48,256 nucleotides of DNA, from assembly GCF_001194135.2 (NCBI RefSeq), contig NC_068981.1, forward strand, positions 144,875,697-144,923,952, written 5' to 3'. A program made the position numbers and the translations under genes. A model generated the notes under the pieces. That model was not told where the DNA came from and did not search any database. It saw only the letters and a list, made by a program, of their open reading frames with translations. The stretch comes from Octopus bimaculoides (Eukaryota). Shown piece by piece: positions 36,480 to 48,256 of the stretch (position 1 is its first letter; every line of letters starts with the position of its first letter).

Positions 36480-38290
36480 TTTTTCAGTTAGTAAAGTTTC
36501 CATCGTTATGCATCTCATTTAGATTTTGAAATCTATTCAAAATTGTAGTCCTGTTGATAAAATCTTTTCTGAAATACAGTGTGTGATTCGATCACTTGAA
36601 CTTTCGAGTATGGGGTTTGTTTTCATTCTGCTCTTATTATGATATATCCTATGATTTTGCAGTTAGGTGGAATACCTACCTCCTATTCTATGAAGTTTTG
36701 TTCATTACATATTCATCCATATTTATAGCCAGAATGCACTTAAAGTGTAAGGTGTGTGGTTGCTTTGATCTTGTATTGTTCTATGACGTGGTCAACTAAT
36801 GTATTAGAATTTCAATTATTAACTACAGTTTGTTTTACGCATAAGATTTCTTTATATAAAGCTTCTCAAGGTGGTATTTTGTATATGTTGGTTTCAGACT
36901 TAGGCACATAGCCAGTAATTTTGGGAGAGGGTGTAAGTCAATTACATCGGCCTCAATTGGTACTTATTTTATCAAACCCCGAAAGGATGAAAGGCAAAGT
37001 AGATCTCAGTGGAATTTGAACTCAGAATGTGAAGACAGACGAAATGCCGCTAAGCGTTTTGCCTGGAGTGTTAATGATTCTGCCATATCACCGCCTTGGT
37101 ATCTTATATATATTTGCACTCGTTTGATTACTTCCCTGTAAACTGAAGTGCCACGTATGTTTTCCCTTATTTCTACTTCGTCTATAGAATGGAATAATAT
37201 AATTCTCTGAATTTATAATAGAGCTCAGTTGGATTGCAAAAAGCTCTCGTGAAAATCTTTAAGTTTACTTCTGTAACAGTAACAATAGATATGTCATCAA
37301 TAAAGCTGGTGGTTATGTTTACGAACTACTTTGTTCTACAAGTTATCAACGTAGAATCTCGCGAATGTAGGTCCGAGCTGGGACTCATGGCCACCCAGCC
37401 TTCTCAGCGCATAGATTAATTTGTGAACAACGGAAGAGTGATTCAGTTATAAAAGACAACAAAAATATTTTCAGATTGTTTCTGTTACAGAAGGCGGTTT
37501 CCAGATTATGTTTATAGTTTCCGTTACTGAAACAACTATGATGAAAAACATGGTGGAAATTTTGGCAACATTTCAGATAGCAGAAGAATTTCTGGGAATT
37601 GAAAAGATGATTACATACTGTAGCTCTCATCTGAATAGTTCTTTATGATCTTGTCTAGTCTTTTGACGATTCTATGCGTAGCTGTATTGATTTATGAGAT
37701 TATGATTCAGAGTAGATTATTATATTCGTGCGCCTTAACAATACCATAAATGTATGTAGAATTAGATTTCCCATGTGCTGGAGAGAGAAAATTATATTTA
37801 AACCCTAGTAAGTAATCAATATATTCGATTTTATTTATTTATTAATTTGCGAGTGTATATACTTATTTGTGAGCAGTGTTGTATTTCTTAATTTTCTTGT
37901 ATTTGTTATTTTTGTGAAGTGTGTAATTTAGTTCACCTTTCTCGATAATACCGAAAATGTTTCCCTTATCACTTTTACAAATTACAATACTTTTATTATC
38001 TGTCAGTTGTTCTGGAAGTAGCATGAGATACTAAAGTAATTTTTTTGCTGCGTTTTTGCAGCTCTTTGTTGTCTTCATAGTTGAAAAGCGTTCGCATTTT
38101 GTCGTTTATTTTCAAAGTATTTTTATTACTAAGACTCTCAAGGGACTCGTAGAGTAATTGGAGTTTGGCGTGTGAACGTTGTCTGTATATCATCAATGAC
38201 CGAGAAAATATTATAAAGCAAACGTTCAAAATTTACTGTTTTCCATCAATTTTTAAATTGGGAAATTACTGTTGGTAATATTTTCTGTAC
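36480..38290 (-). mobile_element. Penelope-like element, decayed RT and thumb region, split by a SINE at 36897-37095
   Basis: Minus-strand frames give SIVICKSDKGN, YIYGIVKAH, RIVKRLDKII, VTETINII, VAM/LGPTFARFY, FIDDI, TSVYR and KEILCVKQTVVNN in the order expected for a PLE RT, with many frameshifts and stops. Confidence 0.8.
36897..37095 (-). mobile_element. Family-A SINE nested in the PLE
   Basis: CCCCGAAAGGATGAAAGGCAAAGTAGATC..GGAATTTGAACTCAGAA..GATTCTGCCATATCACCGCC. Confidence 0.9.
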
Positions 38291-38974
38291 CTGTACATGC
38301 GTTACAGTGTCTATGCAACGATTAATCACCTTTATTCAGAATGCTAACATACGCTGTGATTTTTGCAAATCAAAAATGAAAAAGCAGGCACATTACGCGT
38401 ACAATAAGAAATGAAATTTACTCTAGTAAAATTTTGAAATCGGAAGTGGATGTTTTTCTCAGCTTTAGCAATATTCCCACGATTCTTGTTGCAGAAATGA
38501 AAAATCAATAACAGACCTTAGAAAGCGGATTATAAAGGGTCGTTTACGTACAGAAAAAGTGGCCGCAAGAAAGGGAAGCTGGAGATGTGGTCATTGGAGG
38601 TGTGGACATTCACAAGTAATTGGTGGAAAAATTAGAGAATTTGTGTATATAAAGGTACCAAGACTATGACTACCAAAGTGCAATAGAATTTATAGTTTAT
38701 TTTGTGCATGTATGTATGTGTGTATGTACGTATCTATGGATGGATGTATGCATGTATGTATGTGTCTATTCTATATTTATTTATTTATGTGTTTCAGCCA
38801 AGTGGCTGCGGTCATGCTGGTGCACTACCATTCAGTTTTATTTCAAGATTTCTTGCAAATAGAGAAAGAGCCGATTTGTAACCTAGAATTTCAACATCAA
38901 CAACAAGGTATAAATGTATTATGTATGTATGTATGTATGTATGTATGTATGTATGTATGTATACGTACAGGCTT

Positions 38975-39285
38975 GTATGCTTTGCTTTATATATGACTTT
39001 TCATGCATATGCTTGCTGATCTAGACATCATCTAGAGCTATATTCTTCATTGAAAAGTTTTGGAAAGATTTACAGATTTTTAGTTTCAGTGATGGCTTAG
39101 ATCAGATGTCATCGAATCAGCTTTCTCCTTTCTAGTTTTGAGAAGCCCAATTTCTCAAGATTGGTATTTAGGCAGTGTCTTACATATCCCAGTGCTCCAA
39201 TAATTACAGGTATAAATTTGAACTTGTAATCTGGATAGAGTTCCTGCAGATTTCCCAATAGTTCAGCATAGGTATTCTTTTTCAC
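38975..39285 (-). mobile_element. R4-clade second-family extreme 3' fragment
   Basis: KNTYAELLGNLQELYPDYKFKFIPVIIGALGYV...LEKLGFS...KIC, paralleling ~14000-14220; lies between (GA)n and (CATA)n. Confidence 0.85.
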
Positions 39286-39286
39286 T

Positions 39287-39346
<60 letters not shown>

Positions 39347-39374
39347 CCCTAATGTTTAGCATCAACTCAAGTAC

Positions 39375-39848
39375 TTGACAAGCGCCTTGTTTTATCAAAC
39401 CAGAAAGGGTTAACGTACAGTTGCCTTCGGCTGCATTTGAAATTAGGATGTAAGACATTCGACAAAATACCGCTGAGCATTTTGTGCGACGTGCTAATGT
39501 TTCTACCATCTCGCTAACTTGACAACACTAAGAATAATCCATTCTATTATGGGCACAAGACCTGAAATTTTGTGGGGAAGGAGCTAGTCGATTTCATCGA
39601 TGCCAGTGCTTAACTGCTACTTATATCAACCAAAAAGGGGTAGACATAATAAGCTCATTATCTTGGTAATAACAATAATATGTTTTAACTAAAATCAATG
39701 GCTATAACTTCAGGCGAATGTATAGTCGATTAGATCAGCCAGATTATTTCAGTAGTATTTATTTTGACAATTCTACAAGGATAAAATCAAAGTCCACATC
39801 GGGTTTGAATTCAAAATGTAAAAGGACTGAAATAAATACCGCCATGCC
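39375..39848 (-). mobile_element. Three tandem degenerate family-A SINE pieces (~39375-39518, 39533-39640, 39705-39848)
   Basis: AAATACCGCTGAGCATTTTGTGCGACGTGCTAA; GGCACAAGACCTGAAATTTTGTGGGG; GGATAAAATCAAAGTCCACATCGG. Confidence 0.7.
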
Positions 39849-39905
39849 TCTGTGAACGTGTTATGTGTGTGCGTGTATATGTGTGTGTGTATGTGCATGT
39901 ATTCA

Positions 39906-39949
<44 letters not shown>

Positions 39950-40813
39950 ATTACATTATATTTTATCATACATTGTATATATGTATTAGACAGGTATCTG
40001 TGAAGTGCCCATGATATCTAGTGGCCCTCCAAGATTATGATATTAATATGGCTAATGTTCACCTCAGTCATTTATATATCGACGTCTGACAGGAGAAAAC
40101 TACATAATACGTTCTCCATATGGCACCCCACTCATTCTCTGGACGCCTTTGAGAGAATGTATTGGGTAGAGTGGTTAGGGTGCGCTTTGGGGATGGGACG
40201 TTGTACAGATAGATAGCAAGAATAAATAGGTGAGATAAATAGATCAGAGGAGAACTTGTATAAAGGAGATTAGTGCTGTTTTATTTCACATTCATCATTC
40301 CTGCCTTTCTGGTAATACAAGTCTGTCATAATTTTTCATTCTATTATAAATTTTCTTGTGCAGAGAATCGATATCTTGGAAATTCTACATGATATGAACT
40401 TTAAATATGAGAATAAAAATGAGCTAAGTATAATTATATTGACGAACATGCTTATTTCTAGATTTGTCAGTCATAAGTATTGTTGTGAGTAGATACATCA
40501 AAGAGGGATGTGCCATAAGACTAAGTGTCTCATTGGCTGATAAATGATATTTTAAAACGGAACATGAAAAGGTGTTATTAGGAAATTTGCTTCGAAAATG
40601 GCAGGGTCTAGTTTTGATCAAGCCATGTGGTACCGTCAGACATTGATGTGGTTTCTGCGGCAGCCTTGTGGATGGAAAGTGAGAAGTCTTTGATATGTTT
40701 GCTTGTGTGTATGTATATGTACGTAAATACGATTACAATGAATCTCTTTTTGACTACCTACGTACTTATATATTTATATGTATGTGTACATATGTATACT
40801 TAGATATATTTTC

Positions 40814-40907
<94 letters not shown>

Positions 40908-42216
40908 GTGTGTGTNNNNNNNNNNNNNNNNNNNNNNNNNNNNNNNNNNNNNNNNNNNNNNNNNNNNNNNNNNNNNNNNNNNNNNNNNNNNNNNNNNNNN
41001 NNNNNNNNNNNNNNNNNNNNNNNNNNNNNNNNNNNNNNNNNNNNNNNNNNNNNNNNNNNNNNNNNNNNTATATATATATATATATATACATACATACATA
41101 AATACATATACGTACATACACTCTGCAGGAGCCCTTTGTTCATATGTGTGTGAGCATTATAGATGTAGATGAGTGTAAAATAAATTTAATTGATTAAATG
41201 AATATTCATTGCAGCATTATCGTCTGACCTCAGCTTTCGACCTGAGTAGAATTCAATAAGAAATGTACTAAAGAAATGAAATCGATTCTGTAGACTGAAA
41301 CTTCTGAAGTCAATGGTCCAATGTGGCCACGTTCCAATGACTAACCTGCAAAAATGATAATCATGAAAATAGAACGAAGCACTATGCTTCAAGAGAATCA
41401 TAGTTGACACACCATGACGAGAAAAGATAAAAGAAATTGTATTCCTCTCTTAGCAGCAAAACAAACACTGAAGGTTTTCTATTCTTGTTAATATCAAAAC
41501 TTCAAGAGTTTTCTCCATAGCTTTCACACGAAGATAAGTCCAATGAGATCATACAGAAAGATATTATAAAAATTTCATTATGAATCTCGTCAGGTAAAGT
41601 GAGTCTGGTGTATAGATATAATTCAAGGTATTGCAACAGCAATAATCGTAAACCTAACAGAGTTTTAGTGATCAATAAAAAAAAACTGTGGAAAAAATAA
41701 TTACAATTTCTTTCATCACTATTATTTTCCTTATTTGTATTTATATCCATTAGATGTGTGATTTGCATATATATTCTGTGTGCGCTTAGTTCCATATTTA
41801 ATTGTTTTGATCTTCATAAATGATTTTATGGTCTATGTTTTGTGTTTAATATTTTGTTGTCTTTTAATTATTTTCCACGAACGATCGTTTGATTTTTGAA
41901 ACATATGAGCGATAGGAAAACTCAATTATGTTCAACTTTGTGTCCGTGGTAATCAGCAAAAGCAAAAATAAGATACAGTGAGATACGGAAATTAATCTAA
42001 AAATTGACATAATTTTCTTGCGAGAAGACCAATCTAGTTATGTTTTGCGTTATTTGATCATTATGACATAAACAGACATTAAAACAATCTACTATCTCAT
42101 TTATATTTTATATACACACAAAATCTCTATGTGTATATGTGAGTGTGTATATGTATGTAGATAGATAGGTGTATAGATAGACAGAGAGAGAGAGAGAGAG
42201 AGAGAANNNNNNNNNN

Positions 42217-42286
<70 letters not shown>

Positions 42287-42373
42287 ACCATATAAACTTA
42301 AGCATAATATGCATGGGTATACAAGAAAACATATATGTGTATAATATGTGTGTGTATAATATGTGTGTGTATA

Positions 42374-42417
<44 letters not shown>

Positions 42418-42788
42418 NNNNNNNNNNNNNNNNNNNNNNNNNNNNNNNNNNNNNNNNNNNNNNNNNNNNNNNNNNNNNNNNNNNNNNNNNNNNNNNNNNN
42501 NNNNNNNNNNNNNNNNNNNNNNNNNNNNNNNNNNNNNNNNNNNNNNNNNNNNNNNNNNNNNNNNNNNNNNNNNNNNNNNNNNNNNNNNNNNNNNNNNNNN
42601 NNNNNNNNNNNNNNNNNNNNNNNNNNNNNNNNNNNNNNNNNNNNNNNNNNNNNNNNNNNNNNNNNNNNNNNNNNNNNNNNNNNNNNNNNNNNNNNNNNNN
42701 NNNNNNNNNNNNNNNNNNNNNNNNNNNNNNNNNNNNNNNNNNNNNNNNNNNNNNNNNNNNNNNNNNNNNNNNNNNNNNNNNNNNNNNN

Positions 42789-42840
<52 letters not shown>

Positions 42841-44424
42841 GCAATTTCGCTTCGCTGTATCCATACCACTACCCTCTTGTTATAACACATTTATACTTAT
42901 ATTGCATAGTATTTCTTAACCCCGACAGGAGGGAGATGAGAATCCTCTGCTGTTCTATTCTCCGAACTCTTATATGGCCCAAAACATAGGTCCAGAGCGT
43001 AATGTTATTTAATAAATGAATGGCAAGAGAATATGATTAACGGAAACAATTTATTTTCTTACAGCTGTTTCCGTTGCGGGAAACCGTTCGTCCCGAGATG
43101 AGCACTAGCCCGACAATTTATAGATTCCACTGCGACGTTCTTTTGGAGTTATTTTTTTTAATTGAAGATTTCAGTAGTTTGAAACACTATAGCATTAAAA
43201 GATAAACTAAAATTCTAGTAACTCGTCCCAACAAAAAGACAGGGTGATACATACCATGAGATTCCTTCTGGAAGGAGAAAATGTGTTAAAATGGAGCTTG
43301 AAAAAACTTTTTCCAAGACTATTATCTGTTTAAATTTTCGGAGTCAGTATATAAGTGCGAAATTGAAAAGTTAAAACAGACAGCAATGGGTAATGTAGGA
43401 AAAACTATATTGGTTATCTTGAATCGCCGGAATGAATAATGGTGAAAAGTAGGTTATTATCATAATATGATATATCATATATATTTCTGTAGATTTGTGC
43501 AACGTAGAAGTTAAGACATTTTGCGTTTTTTAAAAAAAGTAGTGATATATGAGAAAACAACTGTAAATTGACAACTCATTTCGAAAAGTAAACAAAATTA
43601 TTATTCGAAAGTTTTCAGAGAAGAGATTGAGAAATGAAGATGTCTGTCCAGATAATATACGAAAATGAAAGATAGATGGCTATACACGAGAGCGCTTGTG
43701 TGCGTGAGTGTGTGTGGGTATGTGGGGGNNNNNNNNNNNNNNNNNNNNNNNNNNNNNNNNNNNNNNNNNNNNNNNNNNNNNNNNNNNNNNNNNNNNNNNN
43801 NNNNNNNNNNNNNNNNNNNNNNNNNNNNNNNNNNNNNNNNNNNNNNNNNNNNNNNNNNNNNNNNNNNNNNNNNNNNNNNNNNNNNNNNNNNNNNNNNNNN
43901 NNNNNNNNNNNNNNNNNNNNNNNNNNNNNNNNNNNNNNNNNNNNNNNNNNNNNNNNNNNNNNNNNNNNNNNNNNNNNNNNNNNNNNNNNNNNNNNNNNNN
44001 NNNNNNNNNNNNNNNNNNNNNNNNNNNNNNNNNNNNNNNNNNNNNNNNNNNNNNNNNNNNNNNNNNNNNNNNNNNNNNNNNNNNNNNNNNNNNNNNNNNN
44101 NNNNNNNNNNNNNNNNNNNNNNNNNNNNNNNNNNNNNNNNNNNNNNNNNNNNNNNNNNNNNNNNNNNNNNNNNNNNNNNNNNNNNNNNNNNNNNNNNNNN
44201 NNNNNNNNNNNNNNNNNNNNNNNNNNNNNNNNNNNNNNNNNNNNNNNNNNNNNNNNNNNNNNNNNNNNNNNNNNNNNNNNNNNNNNNNNNNNNNNNNNNN
44301 NNNNNNNNNNNNNNNNNNNNNNNNNNNNNNNNNNNNNNNNNNNNNNNNNNNNNNNNNNNNNNNNNNNNNNNNNNNNNNNNNNNNNNNNNNNNNNNNNNNN
44401 NNNNNNNNNNNNNNNNNNNNNNNN

Positions 44425-44510
44425 AAAGGAAAAGTCAACCACCGCAGAATTTGCTCTCAGAACGTAAAGATAGACGAAATACCGCTAAGCATTTCGCCCG
44501 GCGTGCTAAG
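44425..44510 (-). mobile_element. Family-A SINE lacking ~20 nt of its head, continuing into gap
   Basis: AAAGTCAACCACCGCAGAATTTGCTCTCAGAACG..GCATTTCGCCCGGCGTGCTAA. Confidence 0.85.
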
Positions 44511-44511
44511 G

Positions 44512-44747
44512 TTTCTTATTTCTTTATTGCCCACAAGGGGCTAAACATAGAGGGGACAAACAAGGACAGACAAAGAGATTAAGTCCATTACATCGAGCCC
44601 AGTGCGTAGCTGGTACTTAATTTATCGACCCCGAAAGGATGAAAGGCAAAGTCGACCTCGGCGGAATTTGAACTCAGAACGTAGCGGCTGACGAAATACC
44701 GCTAAGCATTTCGTCCAGCGTGCTACCGATTCTGCCAGCTCGCCGCC
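44512..44747 (-). mobile_element. Family-A SINE, full length, apparently young
   Basis: Reverse complement GGCGGCGAGCTGGCAGAATCGGTAGC...GAGTTCAAATTCCGCCGAGGTCGACTTTGCCTTTCATCCTTTCGGGGTCGATAAATTAAGTACCAG. Confidence 0.93.
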
Positions 44748-44944
44748 TTCAAATGAAGAATATAATGTATCTTTCTATTTATTCTTTGTTTCACTCATTC
44801 GTCAAGCTAAGAGTCAATGAATCAAATCAATTCTGTTTTTACAATTTTTTAATGACTACTAGGCTAAGTTACATGAACATGGACAAATCATCAAAGTTTA
44901 TTAAATGGAAGAGAAGACAATCACATAGGCACGAACACAAACCG

Positions 44945-44994
<50 letters not shown>

Positions 44995-45478
44995 NNNNNN
45001 NNNNNNNNNNNNNNNNNNNNNNNNNNNNNNNNNNNNNNNNNNNNNNNNNNNNNNNNNNNNNNNNNNNNNNNNNNNNNNNNNNNNNNNNNNNNNNNNNNNN
45101 NNNNNNNNNNNNNNNNNNNNNNNNNNNNNNNNNNNNNNNNNNNNNNNNNNNNNNNNNNNNNNNNNNNNNNNNNNNNNNNNNNNNNNNNNNNNNNNNNNNN
45201 NNNNNNNNNNNNNNNNNNNNNNNNNNNNNNNNNNNNNNNNNNNNNNNNNNNNNNNNNNNNNNNNNNNNNNNNNNNNNNNNNNNNNNNNNNNNNNNNNNNN
45301 NNNNNNNNNNNNNNNNNNNNNNNNNNNNNNNNNNNNNNNNNNNNNNNNNNNNNNNNNNNNNNNNNNNNNNNNNNNNNNNNNNNNNNNNNNNNNNNNNNNN
45401 NNNNNNNNNNNNNNNNNNNNNNNNNNNNNNNNNNNNNNNNNNNNNNNNNNNNNNNNNNNNNNNNNNNNATAATCATTC

Positions 45479-45533
<55 letters not shown>

Positions 45534-46375
45534 ATACATATACTTAACGTATATTATTTGTGGATTTTCCAATGGCTACATTGATGTATTGGAGTATATA
45601 CACTCTCAAAGCACCGGGTGTTAAAACACCTGTGATGAACAGGTGAGGTGACTCACCTTCAATCCCATTTTGGAGTGATGGACACCGACGCTTCGCCATT
45701 TTCGTGGCCTATCAATATCACTAGGGTTGATGGCAAGTCTCCTAGCTAATCCATGACTTACATACTCTTGGCTTCTTAGACTATATGCTGGCATGTCCAG
45801 AAATTGCATATCTAAGAGAAAATTTACATATGAAGTAAAAGCAACTCCAATGTGATAAGTATTATTAACTATATATGTTCTGCGTATTTACTGGTGGCTG
45901 CAATGACGTAATGAACTACATACAGTCCAATGCGCCGGGTTTTAAAAAAGGAAAACCTCAAATTCGTGAAAAGTGTCACACAGTGATGTTGAAACGAACG
46001 TTTTTACTTCACACCTATGCTTCGCACCATAAAACACAACAGTCAGGTATTTTATAGTTCGCCCCAAAGTTACGGGAAGGGATGTTTACTGTGAAACACT
46101 ACTGTTGATTTTATTTTGTTTAATCGCATTGTTCTTCGTGTTATATGTTATTGTTGTTCATATTCGAATGATGGACGTTGGTTAATATGAAAGTATTTGT
46201 ATCGCTTACTTGCTTGTTGTAAAAACCAGGACGGTATAATTATAAGATTTTGTTGCAATTTCTATCAGGTAGACTGAACGCATCATGACTTCATGGCTTG
46301 TTAGAATAATTGAATTGATTTGCACTTGAATAAAATCATTTTGATGTGCTGGAAATGTCGGAAGTATTATTATTA

Positions 46376-47025
46376 AAGCGGTAAGCTGTCAGAGTGGGTG
46401 TGCACCAGAGAAAACGGTTAGCGGCATTTCATCTATCTTCATGTTCTGAGTTCACTTCTTACCGAAGTCGACTTTACCTTTCATCCTTTCGGGGTCAATG
46501 AAATAAGTACTAGGGGTTAATGTAATCGACTTCCCAGTACACTCGAAAGATGCTAACCCTGTACCAAAATCTGAAACCAGTATTAAGACAATGAAGTGGC
46601 AGGTTCATTAAAATGTCGGACAAAATGTTTGGCAGTATTCTTCCCGTTGTTTTACATTCTGCGTTCGAATTCCGCCGCAGTCATCTTGGCCTTTCATCAG
46701 TTCTGGGTCGATATATATAGTTCCAGTCAAGTACTGGGGTCGATAATTTCGGCTAAACTTCGGAATGTTTAGTTTTGTGCCTAAGTTGGTTATTATCATT
46801 AACTAAGACAGCAAACTGACAGATTTATTACAATATTAGACAACATGCCTTGGTGTATTCATTGTTTCTAAATCTCTCGAGTTTAATTCTCGCTAGCATC
46901 AACTGTGCCTTTCATACCTCCAGAGTATATAAAATTAAGTACCAGCCAAGTACTGGGGCCAATGTAAACGTCTTGCCTCCTCCCCACAAAATTACCGGCC
47001 ATGTGCCAAAATTAGAGAGTATAAT
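46376..47025 (+). mobile_element. Three head-to-tail degenerate family-A SINEs (~46376-46582, 46597-46800, 46803-47025)
   Basis: Each carries a GAGTTC/GTTCGAATTCC-like box and (G/A)CCTTTCAT...AGTAC..GGGG. Confidence 0.8.
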
Positions 47026-47959
47026 AGGTCCAAAGCTGGAGAAACGATACGCTCGCTTCTACTAGAAACTGCAACCTGTCTCCATATTTTAGATAACATT
47101 AATGAACGAACAATCTATTTTAATTACACATATCCATAATTAACCAGACAAACAGGAACAACAGATAAATAACACGAAAAATAATGCAAACGACTGAGAA
47201 TCACAAAAGTGTTTTCAAAAATAAACATGTTACACTTAGGGTGTTTATTCCGAAATTCTGTCAAACCAACAAACAAACTGAACAGAAGTTTAAAATTCAT
47301 GTTAGGTTTTAAAAGAACGCATGTGAGTAGACAAGGTAGTACACGTCGCAATGAATACAATTCGTCGTTTAATCTTTCGAGTCATGATAACAGCGATGTT
47401 AAAGGCTACAGGAATAATCAATAGAAATCAAAATTGTATGACGATTATTCAAATAGGAATTTCATTTTAGACGGAGCAAAGAAACCTGAAATTTTGGTTA
47501 CATAGACACACAAGTCACTGTCTCTTGCGTTCTTGCTTCATCATATGAATTTATCTGTGTGTATGTATGCGTGTAACAATCTCAAGGATTATATTACAGG
47601 CTGGTGTTGCAAAAGATTTACTGTCACAGTATCTTTAGCTGCGGCTTTATAATCTTATTTTAACTTCAGTATTCCTACAAAGATACAACTAAAAAATGCA
47701 AAGGTGCATGCAGCAATTCTATACATCCATCCATCCAAACATCCACCCATACATACATGCATATATACATACAGACACATGCACATGTGTGTGTATAAAT
47801 GTGTGTGCGTGTGTTTGTGTGTACGTAAGTCTATCAGTAGAGTGGGTATATGAAAATGATCGGTAAGACCGGCCGTAATGGATATACAATACAATACTGT
47901 ACACTTCGATTTGTAATATATATGTCAGTCATTACGACAGTGCTTCTATGGCTTTTGAG

Positions 47960-48237
47960 TCGTTGTCGGTGGATTTGGTAGACAGACACAGGAAAAAGGC
48001 CTACGTACATATGTGTGTATGTATATGTGCGTCTGTGTGTGTATGTGTGTCTTTGTGTTTGTGTTTGATCCCTAATACTACTTGACAATCGGTGTTGGTG
48101 TGTTTATGGCCCTGTAGTCTAGAGGTTTTGCAAAAGGTCTCGATAGAATAAGTACCAAGCCTAAAAAAGGAGTACTATAGTTTATTCCTCAAGGCGCGCC
48201 CCAGCATGGCAGCAATCTAACGACGAAATCAAAAGAT
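47960..48237 (+). mobile_element. Family-B SINE, degenerate
   Basis: GTGGATTTGGTAGAC, (TG)n, CTTGACAATCGGTGTTGGTGTGTTT..GATAGAATAAGTACC..CCAGCATGGC. Confidence 0.82.
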
Positions 48238-48256
48238 ATATATATATATATATATA

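Larger units (their letters stand above)
685..45468. other. Assembly gaps (N runs): 685-1684, 3057-3114, 6077-6809, 11055-11313, 20312-20373, 21754-22025, 26597-26681, 30480-30506, 40916-41068, 42207-42216, 42418-42788, 43729-44424, 44995-45468
   Basis: Direct reading; nearly all border simple repeats, so ORFs spanning them are artefacts. Confidence 0.98.

Noticed and set aside
43040-43110. Minus-strand GAAAC-AGCT-GTA resembling a hammerhead stem III with palindromic loop
   Set aside because: Upstream core reads CGGGACGA, not CUGANGA; at best a dead remnant
414-45624. Dozens of long ORF-track entries with poly-HT/CV/YI/N/I/Y/X runs
   Set aside because: They are translations of microsatellites and N gaps, not genes

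Overview
AT-rich eukaryotic DNA with 13 N-gaps that mostly sit at microsatellites. The repeat landscape looks like an octopus/coleoid cephalopod genome (inferred from recognising the repeats, not verified). I find no intact protein-coding gene, rRNA, bona fide tRNA or CRISPR array; most ORF-track entries are translated microsatellites or gaps. The window is a TE graveyard: about 25 copies or fragments of tRNA-derived SINEs (two main families), five fragments of R4/Dong-clade (RLE) non-LTR retrotransposons from two families, decayed Penelope-like elements (PLE; an RT at ~36.5-38.3 kb and a GIY-YIG C-terminus at 5.75 kb), two DD37D (maT-type) Tc1/mariner elements and a mariner remnant. Most interesting: (1) a small element at 30376-30739 combining a Pol III A-box head, an intact minimal type I hammerhead ribozyme motif and a perfect 79-bp inverted duplication; (2) a bulge-free 64-position hairpin at 16003-16146; (3) an old ~550-bp SINE-spacer-SINE block present twice, ~23.5 kb apart; (4) R4/Dong fragments and SINEs clustering at (AAT)n tracts. 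A few possible small exons are listed as low-confidence leads only.
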